Below, piece after piece: positions 17,368 to 25,796 of a DNA stretch of 64,000 bases. The stretch lies in the NCBI GenBank assembly GCA_963753435.1, contig CAVWCF010000005.1, positions 1 to 64,000 on the forward strand. The letters are read 5' to 3'. A program made the position numbers and the translations under genes. The notes under the pieces are model-generated. The model ran no database searches, was not told the origin of the DNA, and saw only the letters and a list, made by a program, of their open reading frames with translations. This DNA is from an uncultured Actinomycetota bacterium. Its GTDB lineage: Bacteria; Actinomycetota; Actinomycetes; CAVWCF01. The first letter of the stretch is position 1, and the number at the start of each line of letters is the position of its first letter.

Positions 17368-20048
17368 CGCCCGGTTCGGCGCAGGCCGGCCCCGACGATC
17401 AGCAGCCCGAACGCCAGCACCAGCAAGGGCAACAGGGCAGCCCCGGTGCTGGCGAGGCCGGTGGAGTCCACGCCGGCGGGCGCGGCTGGTCCTGCCGGGG
17501 CAGTTGTGCCGGTCTCCGCGGCAGCAGAGACTGCCGGCGGCTGCGCGGCGCAGGCCGCCGTTGCTTGCGGGTAGGTGACCAGCGTGTCGGTCTGGGGGTT
17601 CACCGCCACCGTGATTGCCAGGGTGCCGTCGAGTCCATCGGCTACCTGCACCCACTGCCCGGACACGAAGTCCCAGCCGGGCCAGTCCGTCGGATTCCCG
17701 GCGGTGTCGAGCGCCGCGCCGGGCCAAAGCAGTCGGTCGTTCAGGGCCACGTTGGTATCGGTGCGAACCACACTGCCGTCGAGCTTGCGCCAGGTGACGG
17801 TCGCGGTCGCATTCGGACCGGGGTCGAAGCCGACCGGCGTTGCCGTCAGATCCAGCCACGGCACGTCCTGCTCGCAAACCGCGGTGGCCGCCAGGCCCAG
17901 GGAGCGGATGACCGCTGCTGCGGTGTCGTTGTTGTCGGCCAGGTCGAGTTCCAGCGTGCTGGTCGAGACAGTCGCATCGAAGCCCAGGCTGCTGCCCCCG
18001 GCGCCGGTGACTTCCCCGAGTAGTCGGATCTCCTCGTCCGGCGCTCCGGTGCTGAAGGTGCCAGTACGGGTGCAGGTGAACGTCGCACCGCCGGTGCAGG
18101 ACCAGCCGGCCGGGGTGGTGAAGCCCGTCAGCGTGAATCCGGGCGGAATCGGCCCGGTCACGACGACGTCGTCGGCGTCGTCCAGACCTTCTGATCCGAC
18201 GGTCAGGATCACCGTCAAGGGTTCACCGGCTTCCGGCGTCGACCCGAGCGCTGCGGTCACCCGGACGTCCGCCGGGAATGCGTCAGGTGTCGCGACCGCC
18301 GTGGCGGTGTTGTCCGCCAGGTCCAGTTCCAGTGTGGTGGTCGAGACCGCCACGTCCGCTGTGATCGGAACACCGGCGGCCGCGGTCACGGTGCCGAGGA
18401 GGCGCAGGGATTCCGGTCCGACAACCAGGTCGCCGGAACGGGTGCACGACCAGTCGGTCGCGGTCGATGCGCACGACCAACCGGGCGCGTCAAAGCTGCT
18501 GATTGCGAAGCCGCTGGGCAGGGGACCGCCGACCACGACGTCGGCTGCGGGCTCGACGCCCTCGTTGCCGACCTCGACCTGCAGCACTCCGTCCTGCCCG
18601 GAGTACACGGGCGTCTCCCACGAAGCGGACACGTATACGTCAGCGGGACGCACGATCGTGTCCGTGTCTGCGCCCGTCACCGGCGGGAACGGGTTGCCAT
18701 AGGAGTCGGTGAACCCAACCGTGGCTGTGTTTGTGACTGACTGCGAGACGGCTGCCGCCGGAATCGCGACCTCGACGTCGACCACTGCGGCGGCCCCGGC
18801 GACGAGCGCGCCATCCAAGGTGGCGCTGATCACGCCGGCGTTCTCCGAGCACGTGCCCGTGTCCGGGGGGCGCACGGCGCACGAAACGAACTGCAGCGGC
18901 GCGGGCAAGGGGTCGGAGATGCTCACCGCTCTGGCGGCGCCCGGGGTGGCGGTGGCGTTGCTGGTGTTGGTGACGGTGATGGCGTACGTGCTCGTGCCGC
19001 CGGCGACCAAGGTGGTCGCTGCGTTGTCCTTGGCGACGGTGAGCACCGGGATCCCTGGCTGACTCATGAAGAGTTGCCCGCTGTTCACGCCCTCCTGGAT
19101 CAACTGGTTGTGGTTGCTGATGCACGAGACGACCGTCCACCAGCCAGGTGCGGGGTTGGCAATCGCGTCGCCAACGCGGGTGGTGTTCGCCGATCCGTTC
19201 CAGCGGGCGTTGGCCGATCGAGTGCCAAGCACGCCACCGCTGTTGGCGGTCGGGTCGACCACGGAGCCGGGCGGGTAGTAGCGCACGCGCCCGTTGTTGT
19301 CCATGTCGAAGTTGTGGAACCTGGCCGTGGGCGTGCCCGGCGCTACGTAGGAGTAGAACGTTTGGCAGACGACGGCACCGGCGTCGTGCTGGAAAGTGGT
19401 GCGCTCCAGGCCGATCACGATCTCGTCGTCGGTGCCGGGGATGCCGTCGGGGTTGTCGGAGTTGGGCGGCGAAGCGTTGGTGGGGTCCAGGTCGTTGTCG
19501 GCGCCGACACGCAGTTTCCAACCGTTCTGGTCATTGCCGCCAGTGCCGGGGTTGGCCGGGTCGGTGGTGAGCAACTGCGACGTCAGCAGCCATTCGCCGC
19601 AGCCGGCGCGACCGTCGGCGATGGTGTGCAGGCGAGTCCACGTTTCCGCGACGGTGGTCGGCTGGTAGGTGCGCGCAGCGGCCGGACCGCCGGGTCCGCT
19701 CAACTGGAACCGCGATGAGTCCGCGGGCCCGGCCAGCTCCTCGCTGCGGCCCTGGACCGGGCCGAAGGACGTGACCTCGGCGCCGAACAGGTCGACGTGG
19801 ACCGCGGTCCCGGCTGGCCACGAGCAGGGGATGAACACCCGCAGTAGGTGCGTCTGGTTCCCGCCCGAAGTCGAGGTGTAGTAGTCCCCGAGGCCGATCG
19901 CGGCGGCCGGACCGTTGGTTTGGATGTAGTACGTGTTGCCCGCCGGCGGCACCTCAGCAGCGTTGCCTGGCACAGCCAGACCAACGAGCACCAGCAGGGC
20001 AGCCAGTAGTCCAACAAGGGCGCGCAGGTTCAGTCGACGTGGGTCCAC
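17337..20048 (-). CDS. secreted DUF11-repeat surface protein with LAxTG sortase signal
   Basis: Signal peptide; three DUF11-like Ig repeats (e.g. VSTTTLELDLADN twice); C-terminal LASTG + hydrophobic helix + RR. Confidence 0.85.
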   Translation of the reverse strand: MDPRRLNLRALVGLLAALLVLVGLAVPGNAAEVPPAGNTYYIQTNGPAAAIGLGDYYTSTSGGNQTHLLRVFIPCSWPAGTAVHVDLFGAEVTSFGPVQGRSEELAGPADSSRFQLSGPGGPAAARTYQPTTVAETWTRLHTIADGRAGCGEWLLTSQLLTTDPANPGTGGNDQNGWKLRVGADNDLDPTNASPPNSDNPDGIPGTDDEIVIGLERTTFQHDAGAVVCQTFYSYVAPGTPTARFHNFDMDNNGRVRYYPPGSVVDPTANSGGVLGTRSANARWNGSANTTRVGDAIANPAPGWWTVVSCISNHNQLIQEGVNSGQLFMSQPGIPVLTVAKDNAATTLVAGGTSTYAITVTNTSNATATPGAARAVSISDPLPAPLQFVSCAVRPPDTGTCSENAGVISATLDGALVAGAAAVVDVEVAIPAAAVSQSVTNTATVGFTDSYGNPFPPVTGADTDTIVRPADVYVSASWETPVYSGQDGVLQVEVGNEGVEPAADVVVGGPLPSGFAISSFDAPGWSCASTATDWSCTRSGDLVVGPESLRLLGTVTAAAGVPITADVAVSTTTLELDLADNTATAVATPDAFPADVRVTAALGSTPEAGEPLTVILTVGSEGLDDADDVVVTGPIPPGFTLTGFTTPAGWSCTGGATFTCTRTGTFSTGAPDEEIRLLGEVTGAGGSSLGFDATVSTSTLELDLADNNDTAAAVIRSLGLAATAVCEQDVPWLDLTATPVGFDPGPNATATVTWRKLDGSVVRTDTNVALNDRLLWPGAALDTAGNPTDWPGWDFVSGQWVQVADGLDGTLAITVAVNPQTDTLVTYPQATAACAAQPPAVSAAAETGTTAPAGPAAPAGVDSTGLASTGAALLPLLVLAFGLLIVGAGLRRTGRQSPGFGSAK

Positions 20049-20054
20049 GTCACC

Positions 20055-20082
20055 CGATCGGCAGATCAGGTTCCGGCCTTTA
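20055..20082 (-). promoter_or_regulatory. putative sigma28/WhiG-type promoter
   Basis: Minus strand TAAA-N16-GCCGATCG ending 6 nt before the GTG of the surface protein. Confidence 0.5.
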
Positions 20083-20137
20083 CCGTCCTACCCGCGTGAA
20101 GTGGACGTGGTGGCGCTTGCTTGGGGAGGATGCCGGG

Positions 20138-21532
20138 ATGGAGACCAGCGGCGAAAACACCCGCTACCGGTCGCTGTCGCTGTGGCACGACTCGTGGGAT
20201 GGCCCCTATCGCACGCACCCGCGCCTGCCCGGCGACCTGGACGTCGACGTCGCGATCGTCGGCGCCGGATTCACCGGCTTGTGGACCGCCTACTACCTGA
20301 GCCAGGCCGACCCGTCGCTGCGAATCGCATTGCTGGAGCGCGAGGTGGTCGGCTTCGGTGCCTCGGGCCGCAACGGGGGGTGGGCCTCGGCCATCTTTCC
20401 GGCCTCGCTGGACAAGGTGGCTGCGCACTCCTCGGCGGATGCCGCCGTCCGCTTGCAGCACGCGATGAACGACACCGTGGATGAAGTCATCCGGGTCGCT
20501 GCGGCTGAGGGCATCGACGCGGACATTGCCAAGGGCGGCTTCGTCGGACTGGCGCGCAACCACGCGCAGTTGGCCCGCGCGGAGGCGGAAGTCCAGCACT
20601 GGATGTCGTATGGGTTCGGTCCGGAGCAGATCCAGTTGCTGACCGCCGATGAGGCGCGGACGCGGGTCCGGGCCACGTCAGTCCTCGGGGGCACATTCAC
20701 CCCCCACTGTGCGGCAATTCACCCGTACCGGTTGGTCCGTGGGCTGGCTGAAGTGGTGGCGGCGCGCGGCGTCCGCATCTACGAGCGGACCCCGGCGATG
20801 CAACTCGGGGTTCGCCGGGTCGAGACGCCGTTCGGGCGAGTGCGCGCCGACGTCGTGGTGCGGGCGACGGAGGGATACACGCCGGACCTTCCGGGCTTTC
20901 GTCGCGACGTCGTACCCATGTACTCGCTGATGGTTGCCACCGAGCCGTTGTCCGACGAAGCGTGGGAGGACATCGGTGTTCGCAACCGGGAAACGTTCAG
21001 CGACGAGCGACACCTGCGCATCTATGGGCAGCGCACCGCCGATGGCCGGATTGCCTTCGGCGGCCGCGGTGCGCCGTATCACTTCGCGTCCGCGGTGCGC
21101 CCGGAGTTCGACCGCAACCGCCGGGTGCACGCGATGCTGCCGCAGATCCTGCAGGACCTGTTCCCGGCACTGCGGGAGGTCGAGTTCACTCACTCCTGGG
21201 GCGGCGCACTGGGAATCCCGAGGGACTGGTACCCGTCGGTCGGCTACAGCCCGGCGACTGGGTTCGCCTTCGCCGGTGGGTACGTGGGCGATGGCGTCAC
21301 GACCACCAACCTCGCCGGACGGACGCTGCGCGATCTGATCCTCGGTCAGCGCAGCGATCTGCTGGATCTGCCGTGGCTGCACCGCCGCTCGCCGAAGTGG
21401 GAGCCGGAGCCGCTGCGGTGGCTGGGAGTCAACGCCGCCACTGCGCTCTTCGCCGCCGCCGACCGCACGGAGGCGGTCACCGGCAAGCCGTCCAAGGTCG
21501 CCGCCACGTTCTGGAAGGCAATCGGGCACTGA
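20138..21532 (+). CDS. FAD-dependent oxidoreductase (DAO/PuuB-like)
   Basis: IVGAGFTGLWTAY, GFGASGRNGGW, RATEGYT, AGGYVGDGV. Confidence 0.88.
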   Translation: METSGENTRYRSLSLWHDSWDGPYRTHPRLPGDLDVDVAIVGAGFTGLWTAYYLSQADPSLRIALLEREVVGFGASGRNGGWASAIFPASLDKVAAHSSADAAVRLQHAMNDTVDEVIRVAAAEGIDADIAKGGFVGLARNHAQLARAEAEVQHWMSYGFGPEQIQLLTADEARTRVRATSVLGGTFTPHCAAIHPYRLVRGLAEVVAARGVRIYERTPAMQLGVRRVETPFGRVRADVVVRATEGYTPDLPGFRRDVVPMYSLMVATEPLSDEAWEDIGVRNRETFSDERHLRIYGQRTADGRIAFGGRGAPYHFASAVRPEFDRNRRVHAMLPQILQDLFPALREVEFTHSWGGALGIPRDWYPSVGYSPATGFAFAGGYVGDGVTTTNLAGRTLRDLILGQRSDLLDLPWLHRRSPKWEPEPLRWLGVNAATALFAAADRTEAVTGKPSKVAATFWKAIGH

Positions 21533-21585
21533 CCCGATTCGCCTACCTGAGCGGTTCGCCGGAACGCGACCCGCGGCAATCGCGA

Positions 21586-22425
21586 CTAGCGGCCGCCCAC
21601 CGGTAGCAGCGAGCCGCTTCGCGCTCGGTACTGCGCGTAGGCGCTGTCCTCGCCGTAGCGGGAGGCCTGCATCCGGTCCCCGTTCCCGGCCTGGGTGAGC
21701 ATCAAGATGACGATGTAGAGCGGGGCAGCCACACCTGCTGCGTACTCGTACCAAGCGGTGGCCGCGCCGAAGACGGCGACGATCAACCCAAGCTGGAACA
21801 CGATCTCGCCGGCGTAGTTGGGGTGACGCACCCGGGAGTACAGACCGGTCGAGACCCAGCGTCCGGGATCACGGCGCTTGGCGGACTGCTTCTGCAGGTC
21901 CGCCCAAGCCTCGATGACGAGACCGATCGCCATGACTGCGGCACCGGCCACGACGAAGCCGTTCAGGGATTCGGTGCGGGCCACCAGGTAGGGCGTGATC
22001 ACGTGGAACGTCATCAGCGTCGTCACTGTCACGTAGAGGATCCCGCGAACCGGCGGCGGCATCTGGGCGTGCATCTGCTTCTGCATCTCGCGACGGTCGC
22101 GGTAGTGCTCGGACCGATAGCGCGACCACACGAACCAGAACAGTCGTAGCCCGTAAAGGACAGCGACACCGCCAACCAGCAGGGCGCCGGTGCTGACCCC
22201 CTCCCGGCCGAGCACCACCAGGTTGTTCAGCGTCACGGCCAGCGCGTAGGAGAAGCTGAAAACCCAGACGAAGTTGCGGAACACCAGGAGGCAGACGGCC
22301 GCGGAAATGGCCAGGGTGATCCAGTTGGTCGTCGACCAGGTGCCGTTCGCCAGCCAGATGCCGAACAGTGCCCACATGCCGAGCGTGAACAGCGGGAAGA
22401 TGAAACGGATCGGTCCTTGCCCCAT
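21586..22425 (-). CDS. DUF1295 family membrane protein (steroid reductase/ICMT-like)
   Basis: IEAWADLQK, TGLYSRVRHPNYAGEI, YAQYR; multiple TM. Confidence 0.82.
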   Translation of the reverse strand: MGQGPIRFIFPLFTLGMWALFGIWLANGTWSTTNWITLAISAAVCLLVFRNFVWVFSFSYALAVTLNNLVVLGREGVSTGALLVGGVAVLYGLRLFWFVWSRYRSEHYRDRREMQKQMHAQMPPPVRGILYVTVTTLMTFHVITPYLVARTESLNGFVVAGAAVMAIGLVIEAWADLQKQSAKRRDPGRWVSTGLYSRVRHPNYAGEIVFQLGLIVAVFGAATAWYEYAAGVAAPLYIVILMLTQAGNGDRMQASRYGEDSAYAQYRARSGSLLPVGGR

Positions 22426-22430
22426 GGTCC

Positions 22431-23313
22431 TCAGTCCTTCGAAGCGGCGTCGAGTGTGGCCAGGTCAGCGTCGGTCAGGTCCAGGTCGGCGGCCGCGCAG
22501 TTGTCGGCCAGGTGACCCAGGTCGGTGGTGCCGGGGATGGGCACGATCACCGGTGAACGTGCCAGCAGCCAGGCCAGGCTCACCGCCGCCGCGGTGACGC
22601 CGTGCCGGTCGGCTAGTTCGTGGATCGCCGCCTTGAGCGTGCGCGGAACAACTGGATCCGGCGGGCCGGGTCGCGTCGGCAGCGCCTGATCCGGTCGCAG
22701 TGCTCAGCACGCCGCGAGCTACCGGGAACCAGGCCATGTAGACGATGCCCTGCCGGGTGCAGTAATCGACCATCGCTTCGTCGCCTCGTTCGGCGAGGTT
22801 GTATCGGTTCTGCACAACGGCGATCGGGGCTATCTGCTGCGCCTCGGTCAGCTCGGCAACGGTCACGTTGGACAGCCCGATGTCCCGCACCCAGCCCCGC
22901 TGCGCCAGATCGGCCAGGGTGCCGACCTGCTCCGCCCACGGGACCTGTGGGTCGCGGCGGTGCAGCAAGTAGAGATCCAGCACTTCCACGTCGAGGCGGC
23001 GCAGGGACAGGGCGGCGCATTGGCGCAGGTACTCCGGGCGACCGACGGGGGCCCACTCCGTTGGACCCGAACGCGTCTGACCGCCCTTGGTGACGATCGT
23101 CAGTCCCGCATACGGGTGCAGTGCCGCGCGGATCTGCTCCTCGCTCAGGTGCGGGCCGTATGCGTCGGAGGTGTCGAACCAGGTGACCCCGTGGTCACGA
23201 GCCGCCTGCAGCACGGCGGTGGGGTCCACACCTGCCGGCGGTGGGCCCCACGCCCCGGGCCCGGTCAGGCGCATCGCGCCGTAGCCGATGCGCATCTGCG
23301 GCGGACTGATCAT
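22431..23313 (-). CDS. aldo/keto reductase (one frameshift near 22670)
   Basis: IGYGAMRLTG, FDTSDAYGP, SLRRL..LDLYLLHR, VQNRYN; C-terminal SLAWLLARSPVIVPIPGT lies in another frame ending at 22431. Confidence 0.85.
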
Positions 23314-23333
23314 GGCGTGCGACCCTATTCACT

Positions 23334-23534
23334 GTGAGCGAGGAGCGATCGGGGGCACCGGACGCCCAGGGCGCAGCGGCGCCGGAACCGGCGCTGCGGC
23401 CGAAGCATCGGCCGTCGGATGACCCGGTGCTACCCGAGGTCACCCGAGACGAGTCCGACTCCTGGGGGGAGCGCCCCGACGACGAGGACGACTTGGAGCG
23501 GTTCCGCCGGGAGCGGCCGCCCCACCACCTGTAG
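23334..23534 (+). CDS. small acidic hypothetical protein
   Basis: LPEVTRDESDSWGE...RERPPHH pattern typical of the small actinobacterial protein beside mscL. Confidence 0.7.
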   Translation: MSEERSGAPDAQGAAAPEPALRPKHRPSDDPVLPEVTRDESDSWGERPDDEDDLERFRRERPPHHL

Positions 23535-23537
23535 GGG

Positions 23538-23918
23538 CTAGCCGCGGTCGCTGTCGCGCAGTGCGTCACGAATCTCCGTGAGCAGCTCGACCTCGGTCGG
23601 TCCGCCGTCCTCCGCAGGCTCCGCACGACGGGCGGAGTAGCGCTTGGCCGGAGCCACGATCACGAAGTAGACCGCTGCAGCCGTCACCACGAACGTGATC
23701 AAGGCGTTGACCATCAAGGTGAAGTCGAAGTCCTCCCCGCCGATGGTCAAGACGCCGGCCTCGATGCCGTCCCCGGGCAGCACGAGCCGAATGAGTGGAT
23801 CGATGAACGCGGCCGTAAAGGCGCCGATCAGCGCGACGAAGGCGGTGCCGATCACCACCGCCACGGCCAGATCGATCACGTTGCCGCGCAACAGGAAGTC
23901 ACGGAAGCCCTTGAACAC
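23538..23918 (-). CDS. mscL: large-conductance mechanosensitive channel
   Basis: FKGFRDFLLRGNVIDLAVAVVIG, LLTEIRDAL. Confidence 0.96.
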   Translation of the reverse strand: MFKGFRDFLLRGNVIDLAVAVVIGTAFVALIGAFTAAFIDPLIRLVLPGDGIEAGVLTIGGEDFDFTLMVNALITFVVTAAAVYFVIVAPAKRYSARRAEPAEDGGPTEVELLTEIRDALRDSDRG

Positions 23919-23944
23919 GGGTGTCTCCTCTCGATGCGGTCACG

Positions 23945-24409
23945 CTAGCGACTCAAGCCCGGACGGATGGCGATAGTTAGCGGTCCGGCGCTCTGTGCGG
24001 CCGCCAGGCGGACGGCATCCGCGGTGGAGGTGTCCAACACCACCAGGGTTCGGTCAGCGGAGGCGGACAGGAATCCGCTTGAGGCGGCCACGTCGGGGAC
24101 CTGGAGTACCTGCACGCCGCTGGCAACAACCCCGGTAGCGCCGTCCACCAGCACGCCCAGAACGTCGACCTCGTCGCCGGGTTGCAGCAGGGCGACGACC
24201 CCGGCGTCGGCGGCGCGTACCGGCAGCGCCACCCGGCCGGGTTGTGGCTGCAGTTGCACTTTCGCGGGAGGGATTGGCGTGGCCCGGGTTTCGCTCACCG
24301 CGACGAAGACCGCTGCGGCGGCGAGTACGGCCGCCAGCGGTCGCCGGTGCCGCAGGGTGAGCAGCCGTCCGCGGCGCAGGAGTTGCTCCAACGATGTCGG
24401 CTCGGCCAC
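23945..24409 (-). CDS. RcpC/CpaB-like membrane protein (Rv0990c-type), apparently lacking the SAF domain
   Basis: RRPLAAVL TM, VALPVRAADAGVVALLQPGDEVDVL; syntenic between fmdB and mscL. Confidence 0.7.
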   Translation of the reverse strand: MAEPTSLEQLLRRGRLLTLRHRRPLAAVLAAAAVFVAVSETRATPIPPAKVQLQPQPGRVALPVRAADAGVVALLQPGDEVDVLGVLVDGATGVVASGVQVLQVPDVAASSGFLSASADRTLVVLDTSTADAVRLAAAQSAGPLTIAIRPGLSR

Positions 24410-24520
24410 TTCCGCACGCTAGGCGCGTTGGTGCCGGCACCGATCGGCTGTCCACAGGTGTGCCAGCCGCGGTGTCGGCCGTGCCCAACCGAACGCCGGG
24501 CGCAACCGAGTACTGACTGT

Positions 24521-24928
24521 CTACTTCGGCCCGGACTGCGACTTCGACTGCGACCCGGATTGGGATCCGGATTGGGATCCGGACTGCGAACCCGACGGTG
24601 CCGACTTGGCCGGGGAAGTGGCCGCCGCCGATGCCGAACTGGCCGAGCCGGAGTCCGAATCCTTCTTGGCCGCCTTGCCGTCTCCTGCGCCGTCGCTCTT
24701 GGTCGGGCTGGCGGATCCACTCGACTTCGAACCGGTCGATCCGGACTCCGCCCGGGAGTCGGTTCGATAGAAGCCGGATCCCTTGAACACCACGCCCACG
24801 CTGTTGAAGACCTTGCGAAGTTGCCCGCCGTCGCAGTTGGGGCAGTCGGTGAGTGCCGGTTCAGTGAACGTCTGGACGACCTCAAGTGGTGTCGCACACG
24901 AGCGGCACACGTACTGGTAAGTCGGCAC
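24521..24928 (-). CDS. FmdB family zinc-ribbon protein (Rv0991c/Ruc-like) with Ser-rich tail
   Basis: PTYQYVCRSC...CPNC..LRKVFNSVGVVFKGSGFYRTD; SQSG repeats. Confidence 0.92.
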   Translation of the reverse strand: MPTYQYVCRSCATPLEVVQTFTEPALTDCPNCDGGQLRKVFNSVGVVFKGSGFYRTDSRAESGSTGSKSSGSASPTKSDGAGDGKAAKKDSDSGSASSASAAATSPAKSAPSGSQSGSQSGSQSGSQSKSQSGPK

Positions 24929-24979
24929 GGTCACTCCGGGTTCACGATTTCCGCGGGCCTGGGCGAGCGCCCTCAGGCT

Positions 24980-25006
24980 TTAGCACTCCCTGTTTACGAG
25001 TGCCAA
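24980..25006. promoter_or_regulatory. CIRCE element (HrcA operator)
   Basis: TTAGCACTC-N9-GAGTGCCAA, one mismatch from consensus, upstream of the FmdB gene. Confidence 0.9.
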
Positions 25007-25059
25007 TGCTAGCCCACCTGACGGCGTGCGGCTCAACGCCGTCGCTAGCCTGCCCGCCC

Positions 25060-25437
25060 ATGCGATCCGGACTCCGTTGGGCGACCATCGCCGTCGGCGG
25101 AGCGATCGGGTCCGTGGGTCGCTACGCGGCCGACCTGTGGGTTGGCGCGCCCGCGGTCGGCTCCTGGCCGTGGGCGACCTTCACGGTGAACCTGGTGGGT
25201 TGTCTGCTGATCGGCGTGCTCATCGGGCGCATCGCCGTCGATCAGCGCTGGGCGGCCTGGCGGCCGTTCCTCGGTGTCGGCGTTCTGGGCGGGTTCACCA
25301 CGTACTCGGCGTTCGCGGTCGAAACGGTCGACCTGCTCGGCGAAGGCGCCTGGTGGCTCGGCATGGCGTATGTCGCAGCAAGCCTGGTCGGGGGCGTTGC
25401 CGCCGTCGCCGTTGGTGAGCGGTTGGCCCGGACATGA
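25060..25437 (+). CDS. crcB: fluoride efflux channel Fluc, subunit 1
   Basis: GGAIGSVGRY, PWATFTVNLVG, GVLGGFTTYSAF. Confidence 0.93.
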   Translation: MRSGLRWATIAVGGAIGSVGRYAADLWVGAPAVGSWPWATFTVNLVGCLLIGVLIGRIAVDQRWAAWRPFLGVGVLGGFTTYSAFAVETVDLLGEGAWWLGMAYVAASLVGGVAAVAVGERLART

Positions 25438-25796
25438 CCGCTGCCGAAATCCTGGCCGTCGCCATCGGCGGTGCGTTCGGGGCGCTGCTGCGCGGTGGTC
25501 TCGCGGAGGTCGCGCGGTACCGCCCGGTCGGGGACCTGCCCTGGGCAACGATCCTGGTCAACATCGTGGGGTCGTTCCTGCTCGGTGTGGTCACCGGTGT
25601 CGTGGATGCCAACGCGGCGTTGCTGCTGGGTGTCGGTGGCGCGGGCGGCCTGACCACCTTCTCCACTGCCAGCGCCGAGAGCTTGCGGCTGGGGCGGTTC
25701 CACGAACGACGACTGGCGCTGGTCTACACCGGCCTCACTTTGGTCGGAGCGCTAGGCGCGGCCTGGTTGGGGCTGGTCGTGGGTGGCTCGCAGTAG
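25434..25796 (+). CDS. crcB: fluoride efflux channel Fluc, subunit 2
   Basis: GGAFGALLR, PWATILVNIVGS, GGLTTFST; ATGA overlap with subunit 1. Confidence 0.9.
   Translation: MTAAEILAVAIGGAFGALLRGGLAEVARYRPVGDLPWATILVNIVGSFLLGVVTGVVDANAALLLGVGGAGGLTTFSTASAESLRLGRFHERRLALVYTGLTLVGALGAAWLGLVVGGSQ

Noticed and set aside
22620-22700. Programmed frameshift in the aldo/keto reductase
   Set aside because: No slippery heptamer seen; other indels in the assembly make a sequencing error more likely.
24530-24600. 12-bp DNA repeats (CCGGATTGGGAT)
   Set aside because: Explained by the SQSG low-complexity tail of the FmdB protein.
25007-25059. Fluoride riboswitch upstream of crcB
   Set aside because: No GGCGATGG...GCTAATGAC-type consensus; only a short GACGGCGT/ACGCCGTC hairpin, and the gene appears leaderless.
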